Shown one piece after another: positions 59,001 through 64,000 of a stretch of 64,000 nucleotides of DNA. The position numbers and the translations under genes were made by a program. Position 1 is the stretch's first letter. The number at the start of each line of letters is the position of its first letter. This DNA is from Candidatus Falkowbacteria bacterium RIFOXYA2_FULL_38_12 (GTDB taxonomy: Bacteria; Patescibacteriota; Patescibacteriia; XYB2-FULL-38-15), in contig MFGA01000006.1 of the NCBI GenBank assembly GCA_001778095.1, positions 6,169 through 70,168 of the forward strand, given 5' to 3'. A model generated the notes under the pieces. The model had not been told where the DNA came from. It ran no database searches and worked only from the letters and a program-made list of their open reading frames with translations.

Positions 59001-61184
59001 ATGCCTAGAGTTCAATCGCAAAAAGGAGAAAGAGAGGAAAGAAATAGAGGAAGAAGGGAAGGGGTTAGTTCGGAAACAGTAATGGGGATATTTGTTATTT
59101 TTTTATTTGCCTTGGCTGCATTATGCATTCTAAGTCTTTTTGGCTTGGCCGGTCCTGCCGGGGAGTTCTTTTTGAGTTTCTTGGTCTCCGGTTTTGGTCT
59201 TGGTCGGTATTTGATCCCCGTGATTTTAATCAGCCTTGGTTATATTTTTTTAAACGAGGAAAAATATCAACCGAATGTCTCTAACTATTTAGGGCTTTTT
59301 TTATTTGTTTTAAGTCTTTCGGCTCTCTTACAATGGAATTTCATAAATAATAATCCTTTTTCTCTTGATGATTTGGCCAGGGGAGGCGGATATGCCGGTT
59401 TAATCTTGGCTTATCCATTGCTAAAAGTTATGGGGAGGGCAGCGAGCTTTATTGTTTTAGCCGCTTTTTTTGTTTCTTCCTTGCTTTTGACTTTTAACAC
59501 TTCTTTGAGACAAATTGCCAAGAAAGGAAATTTTTGGAAAGGAATTTACAGAAGCCTCAAGCTTCTTATCTTAAATTTTAAGTTTAGGGGGAATAAAAAA
59601 GAAGAAGATGAGTATGCTGAAGAGGCGACGGAGGGCGAGCGAGAAGAAAAAATGGGGGAGCAAGATTCTCCGACTCCCGTTTTTGAAGCCAAAGAAATAG
59701 AGGAAGGTCAAGCTCGAGAAATCGAGTTGCCATCGACTCTCGTCAGGACAGAAAGAAGAAAGATTGATTTACCTCTTGATCTTTTGCAAGACCAATCGGA
59801 AAAACCAACCAGTGGAGACATCAAGGAGCAAATGACGGTTATTCAAAAAACATTAGACAATTTTGGAATTAGTGTTGAAATGGGGGATATTTCTGTCGGG
59901 CCGACGGTTACTCAATATACTTTAAAGCCAGCCGAAGGAGTAAAGCTTGCCCAAATAACAACTTTACATAATGATCTCGCCCTGGCTTTGGCCGCTCATC
60001 CGATTAGGATTGAAGCGCCGATTCCGGGAAAATCTTTGGTTGGCATAGAGGTTCCCAATCAAAAAGTGGCGACAGTCGGCTTAAAAGAAGTTTTACGCTC
60101 GCCGGATTTTAAGCAGAGAAAAAATAATTTATCCATTGCTCTCGGCAAAGATGTTTCGGGTAAAGTCTGGGCAGCAGATTTGGGAAAAATGCCCCACCTG
60201 CTTGTTGCCGGTTCAACCGGTTCGGGAAAAAGTGTTTGCTTAAATACGCTTATTGTAAGTTTGCTTTACCAAAACAGTCCCGATGATTTAAAATTTATTA
60301 TGGTGGATCCAAAGAGGGTGGAATTTACTATGTATAACGGTATTCCTCATCTATTAGCACCTGTAATTACAGATGTTCCAAAAACGGTTAATGCTTTAAA
60401 ATGGACTATTGGAGAAATGGATAGAAGGTTTGAACTACTTTCTAAAAAAGGGAAAAGAGATATTGTTTCTTACAACAGTGACATGGAAGATAAGATGCCA
60501 TACATAGTTTTGATTATTGATGAGTTGGCGGATCTTATGGCCGTAGCCGCGGCTGAAGTTGAAGGGGCAATTATCAGGTTGGCCCAAATGGCGCGCGCTG
60601 TGGGTATTCATTTGGTTTTGGCTACTCAAAGGCCGTCAGTGAATATTATTACAGGGTTGATAAAGGCAAATATTACAACAAGGATCGCTTTTTCGGTCGC
60701 TTCCAACGCTGATTCTCGAACTATTTTGGATACTTCGGGAGCGGAAAAACTTTTAGGCCGTGGAGATATGCTTTACACTTGTCCGGATTTGGGAAAACCG
60801 AAAAGATTACAGGGTGTTTTTATTCGCGATAACGAAATAAGAGCAGTTATAGATTATCTAAAATCAAAAGCGGAGCCATGCTATATTGAAGAAATAACCC
60901 AACGGCCGGCTTTTGGCACCTCTCCGGTTCCGGGATTTGATTTTGGCGGAGGATCGGACGAGGAATTGTTTAATGAAGCCAAGGAAGTTATTTTAAGAGC
61001 CGGCAAAGCGTCAGCGTCTCTTCTACAACGCCGATTAAAAATCGGTTATGCTCGAGCGGCAAGGCTTTTGGATTTGCTTGAAGAACAGGGTGTTATTGGA
61101 CCATCGGACGGAGCGAAACCAAGGGATATTTTAATTGGGGATTTGGGAAATAATACGGAGGATGGAAATCGCGATGAATCATAG
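59001..61184 (+). CDS. ftsK: DNA translocase FtsK/SpoIIIE
   Basis: 4TM N-terminus, PHLLVAGSTGSGKS, IDELADLM, ATQRPS, gamma domain LQRRLKIGYARA. Confidence 0.96.
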   Translation: MPRVQSQKGEREERNRGRREGVSSETVMGIFVIFLFALAALCILSLFGLAGPAGEFFLSFLVSGFGLGRYLIPVILISLGYIFLNEEKYQPNVSNYLGLFLFVLSLSALLQWNFINNNPFSLDDLARGGGYAGLILAYPLLKVMGRAASFIVLAAFFVSSLLLTFNTSLRQIAKKGNFWKGIYRSLKLLILNFKFRGNKKEEDEYAEEATEGEREEKMGEQDSPTPVFEAKEIEEGQAREIELPSTLVRTERRKIDLPLDLLQDQSEKPTSGDIKEQMTVIQKTLDNFGISVEMGDISVGPTVTQYTLKPAEGVKLAQITTLHNDLALALAAHPIRIEAPIPGKSLVGIEVPNQKVATVGLKEVLRSPDFKQRKNNLSIALGKDVSGKVWAADLGKMPHLLVAGSTGSGKSVCLNTLIVSLLYQNSPDDLKFIMVDPKRVEFTMYNGIPHLLAPVITDVPKTVNALKWTIGEMDRRFELLSKKGKRDIVSYNSDMEDKMPYIVLIIDELADLMAVAAAEVEGAIIRLAQMARAVGIHLVLATQRPSVNIITGLIKANITTRIAFSVASNADSRTILDTSGAEKLLGRGDMLYTCPDLGKPKRLQGVFIRDNEIRAVIDYLKSKAEPCYIEEITQRPAFGTSPVPGFDFGGGSDEELFNEAKEVILRAGKASASLLQRRLKIGYARAARLLDLLEEQGVIGPSDGAKPRDILIGDLGNNTEDGNRDES

Positions 61185-61352
61185 ACCCACCGCATAATAA
61201 TCTTTCTGCTGTAATTTTCATCTTTTGGTAAATTTTGTCCTCCCCGCAATTGCGGGGTTGCCGATATACCATATTGCCTCAAAAATTTATGCCAAAATTT
61301 CCTCACCCCGCAATCTGCGGGGCGCAACGAAAGTTATTACGTGGTGAGTCTA
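61182..61352 (+). repeat. family 4 hairpin element, divergent copy D
   Basis: TAGACCCACCGCATAATAA...TTATTACGTGGTGAGTCTA. Confidence 0.75.
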
Positions 61353-62011
61353 CCTTTACGACAATTGAAATAAAAAATAAAACAGTCGGGCAGGTTTTGA
61401 AAGAAACACGCGAAGAGCTTAAACTGTCTGTTGAAGAAGCGGTTTTGGCAACAAAAATAAATAAAAATTATCTGGTTGCCCTTGAAAATGGCGAATACAA
61501 AAAATTACCCGGAGGAGTCTATTCAGAAAAAATTTTAGAAGTATACGCAAATTTCCTGAATATAGATTTTTTTTGTTTGGAGAAAGCTTTCCAGAGAGAA
61601 ATGAAAGCGACGAGAGGTAAAGAGGTCAAAACTTTTGTTCCTAAAATTTCGCGAGGGAGCCTTATCGTCACTCCGCGGCTAGTTAGTATTATTTTGACAT
61701 CAACAGTGGTAATCGGGTTTTTAGTCTATTTGGGATTTGAAGTTAATAATATCTTTTCTCCGCCGGAACTTGAAGTTTTTAGCCCGGCTGATAATTTTGT
61801 CACAGGAAAACCCACGATAGAAATTTCCGGAAAAACAGAAAGCGAGGTGACAATAAAAATTAATGACCAAGAAATAGAAAGAAAACAAGACGGAGTTTTT
61901 AGCGAGATAATCAGCTTGAGTCCCGGGAGTAATATTATTAAAGTTTCGGCTTCGAAAAAGAGAAGCAAGGAAAACGTAATATACAGAAGAGTCATTTTAA
62001 ACAATTTTTAA
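61289..62011 (+). CDS. RodZ-like HTH protein with TM and C-terminal Ig-like domain (start altered by repeat)
   Basis: VGQVLKETRE..YLVALENG.Y.KLPG.VY..YA.FL; ftsK-rodZ-recA context. Confidence 0.82.
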   Translation: MPKFPHPAICGAQRKLLRGESTFTTIEIKNKTVGQVLKETREELKLSVEEAVLATKINKNYLVALENGEYKKLPGGVYSEKILEVYANFLNIDFFCLEKAFQREMKATRGKEVKTFVPKISRGSLIVTPRLVSIILTSTVVIGFLVYLGFEVNNIFSPPELEVFSPADNFVTGKPTIEISGKTESEVTIKINDQEIERKQDGVFSEIISLSPGSNIIKVSASKKRSKENVIYRRVILNNF

Positions 62012-62043
62012 TTTTAAAATAAATAATTTGCGGAGGAGCAAGG

Positions 62044-62208
62044 TAGACTTGTACTCTAATAATCTTTCGTTACGAAACGCAGTAATTTTAGGGTAAAAAT
62101 TTAGAAAAGCGACGATGTTTATATGATTAAATATAAGCGGAGGAGCTTTTATTAATTTTTAGCCAAAATTACTAGTTGCAGTAGAAAGAATTGTTAGAGG
62201 ACAGTCTG
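62044..62208 (-). repeat. family 4 hairpin element, copy E (reverse orientation)
   Basis: Reverse complement of the copy C core. Confidence 0.85.
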
Positions 62209-62214
62209 GAATAT

Positions 62215-63279
62215 ATGAAAGAGAATAAAGAAAAAGTTTCAGGAAAATTTAAAGCGGCACAAGAAGCGATTGATCAAATCAAAGAAAGATTTGGCGATGG
62301 TTCAATAATGAAATTGGGTGAAGCAAAAAAGATGGAGGTAGACGCGATACCCACGGGTTGTCTCTCTTTGGATTTGGCTTTGGGGGTGGGAGGGATGCCC
62401 AGGGGTAGGATCATTGAAGTTTTCGGGCCGGAAGCGAGCGGAAAAACAACTTTGGCGCAACATGTAATTTCCGAAATACAAAAAGCCGGCGGTATTGCCG
62501 CTTTTGTTGATGCCGAGCACGCTCTTGATCCGGAATATGCGCAAAAAATCGGAGTGAATATTGACGAGTTATTGATTTCTCAGCCGGACACCGGCGAACA
62601 GGCTCTTGAAATTGTGGAAACCTTGGTTCGTTCCGGCGGAGTTGATGTAATTGTGGTTGATTCGGTCGCTGCGCTTGTTCCAAGAGCGGAGATTGAAGGC
62701 GAGATGGGGGATCAGCATATGGGCCTACAAGCGAGATTGATGTCGCAAGCCCTAAGAAAACTAACCGGCGTTATTTCCAAAACAAAAACAGTTTTAATTT
62801 TTATTAACCAGATCAGGCATAAAATCGGAGTGTTTTTTGGCAACCCGGAAACAACAACCGGCGGGAATGCCTTGAAATTTTATTGCTCGGTAAGAATTGA
62901 AGTCCGTCGCGCGGCACAGATAAAACAAGGAGATCAAATTATTGGAAATAGAGTAAAGGCGAAAATCGTAAAAAATAAAGTTGCTCCGCCATTTCGTTTT
63001 TGCGAGTTTGATATTATGTACAATGAGGGAATTTCTCTATCAGGAGATTTGCTTGATACAGCTGTGATTCATAAGGTAGTTTTAAAAAGCGGAAATTCTT
63101 ACAGCTTTGGAGAAATTAAACTTGGCGTTGGCCGAGAAACGGTAAAAAGATATTTAAAAGAAAATCCAAAGTTAATGGCGGAGATAAAAGAAAAAGTTTT
63201 AGAGGGAGTGAAGGCGGAGGCGGAAAATACAACGCCAATGATAGAAAAGCCGGAGGCGGAGGCAACGGATACGGAGTAA
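62215..63279 (+). CDS. recA: recombinase RecA
   Basis: [35 protein letters not shown]. Confidence 0.98.
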   Translation: MKENKEKVSGKFKAAQEAIDQIKERFGDGSIMKLGEAKKMEVDAIPTGCLSLDLALGVGGMPRGRIIEVFGPEASGKTTLAQHVISEIQKAGGIAAFVDAEHALDPEYAQKIGVNIDELLISQPDTGEQALEIVETLVRSGGVDVIVVDSVAALVPRAEIEGEMGDQHMGLQARLMSQALRKLTGVISKTKTVLIFINQIRHKIGVFFGNPETTTGGNALKFYCSVRIEVRRAAQIKQGDQIIGNRVKAKIVKNKVAPPFRFCEFDIMYNEGISLSGDLLDTAVIHKVVLKSGNSYSFGEIKLGVGRETVKRYLKENPKLMAEIKEKVLEGVKAEAENTTPMIEKPEAEATDTE

Positions 63280-63293
63280 AAAAATAAAAAATA

Positions 63294-63331
63294 AAAAAAG
63301 TACCGTGAGTAATTATCACGGTACTTTTTTT
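63294..63331. terminator. bidirectional intrinsic terminator
   Basis: aaaaaagtaccgtga gtaatta tcacggtacttttttt. Confidence 0.85.
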
Positions 63332-64000
63332 ATTTTCTTTTCAAATTGATTATATTTACCTGCGGTCTGGCAAAAAATCTGATGGGTAGAATTGAGCCAA
63401 CGCCGTTGGTGACAAGGACCTTTGTGTTCGGGGCGTCAACAAGTCCTGTTCTATATTTTTGTCCGTAGCGAGAAGATGTTGCCGGCGCCCAAAGGCCAAA
63501 AAAAGTTATTTGCCCGCCGTGGGTATGACCGGCTAAAACTAAATCAATTTTATCATTATCAATTTTTTCAGCGTAGTCGGGGTTGTGTGAGAGTAATATG
63601 GAAAAATCATTTTGATCCACGTCGCTAAAAACTTCGCTTGTGTCTTGAACGCCCTCATAGAAATCTTTGACTCCGCCGATTTTTATTTTTTCTCCATTCA
63701 TCTCCAACCATTGTCCCTTATTTCCCAAATAAACAATTCCGGATTTTTCCAGTTCCTCCAATGATAAAATTTTATCCGTCCAAACATCATGGTTTCCCAA
63801 AACTCCAAAAACACCATATTTAGCTTTTAAATTTTTCAGTTCGGCAAAACACGGCTCAATATATTCTGGTTTTTCAAAAAGCCAATTTCCCACAAAATCT
63901 CCACCGACAAAAATTATATCAGGATTCATTTTATTAACTTTTTCTACCAATTTTTTGACCCTTGTCTTGGAAAAAAATAAACCATGATGAATATCGGCAA
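63330..64000 (-). CDS. metallophosphoesterase (YkuE-like), 5' end beyond window
   Basis: GGD, GNHD, LSHNPD, GHTHGGQ. Confidence 0.9.
   Translation of the reverse strand, partial: ADIHHGLFFSKTRVKKLVEKVNKMNPDIIFVGGDFVGNWLFEKPEYIEPCFAELKNLKAKYGVFGVLGNHDVWTDKILSLEELEKSGIVYLGNKGQWLEMNGEKIKIGGVKDFYEGVQDTSEVFSDVDQNDFSILLSHNPDYAEKIDNDKIDLVLAGHTHGGQITFFGLWAPATSSRYGQKYRTGLVDAPNTKVLVTNGVGSILPIRFFARPQVNIINLKRK

Overview
Chromosomal window of an AT-rich, reduced-genome bacterium. The divergent 16S with insertions, gene content and surface-protein types point to Patescibacteria/CPR, Parcubacteria-like (inference). TGA is used as stop, so the code is standard code 11. It carries housekeeping genes (ychF, proS, rmuC, rpsT, holA, a split polA, rpsF-ssb-rpsR-epmA-efp, uvrB/uvrA/uvrC, clpP, rbfA, a short hinge-less smc, rpsP-KH-trmD, ftsK, recA), a lone 16S rRNA with two hairpin insertions, eight tRNAs and a large cell-surface gene cluster. 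The unusual content is mostly non-coding. (i) Two tandem, GC-rich, highly structured minus-strand transcription units between uvrB and uvrA share a near-identical promoter that differs by one AT repeat in the spacer. (ii) A GNAT gene is bracketed exactly by a perfect 29-bp inverted repeat with attC/dif-like ends and is followed by queD-folE; a similar cassette-like site sits at the window start. (iii) Several families of palindromic mini-elements nest inside each other, insert at tRNA 3' ends, enter the 16S rRNA and are translated in frame inside UvrA, UvrB, UvrC, TrmD and SMC. All calls were made by eye; no searches or folding programs were run.
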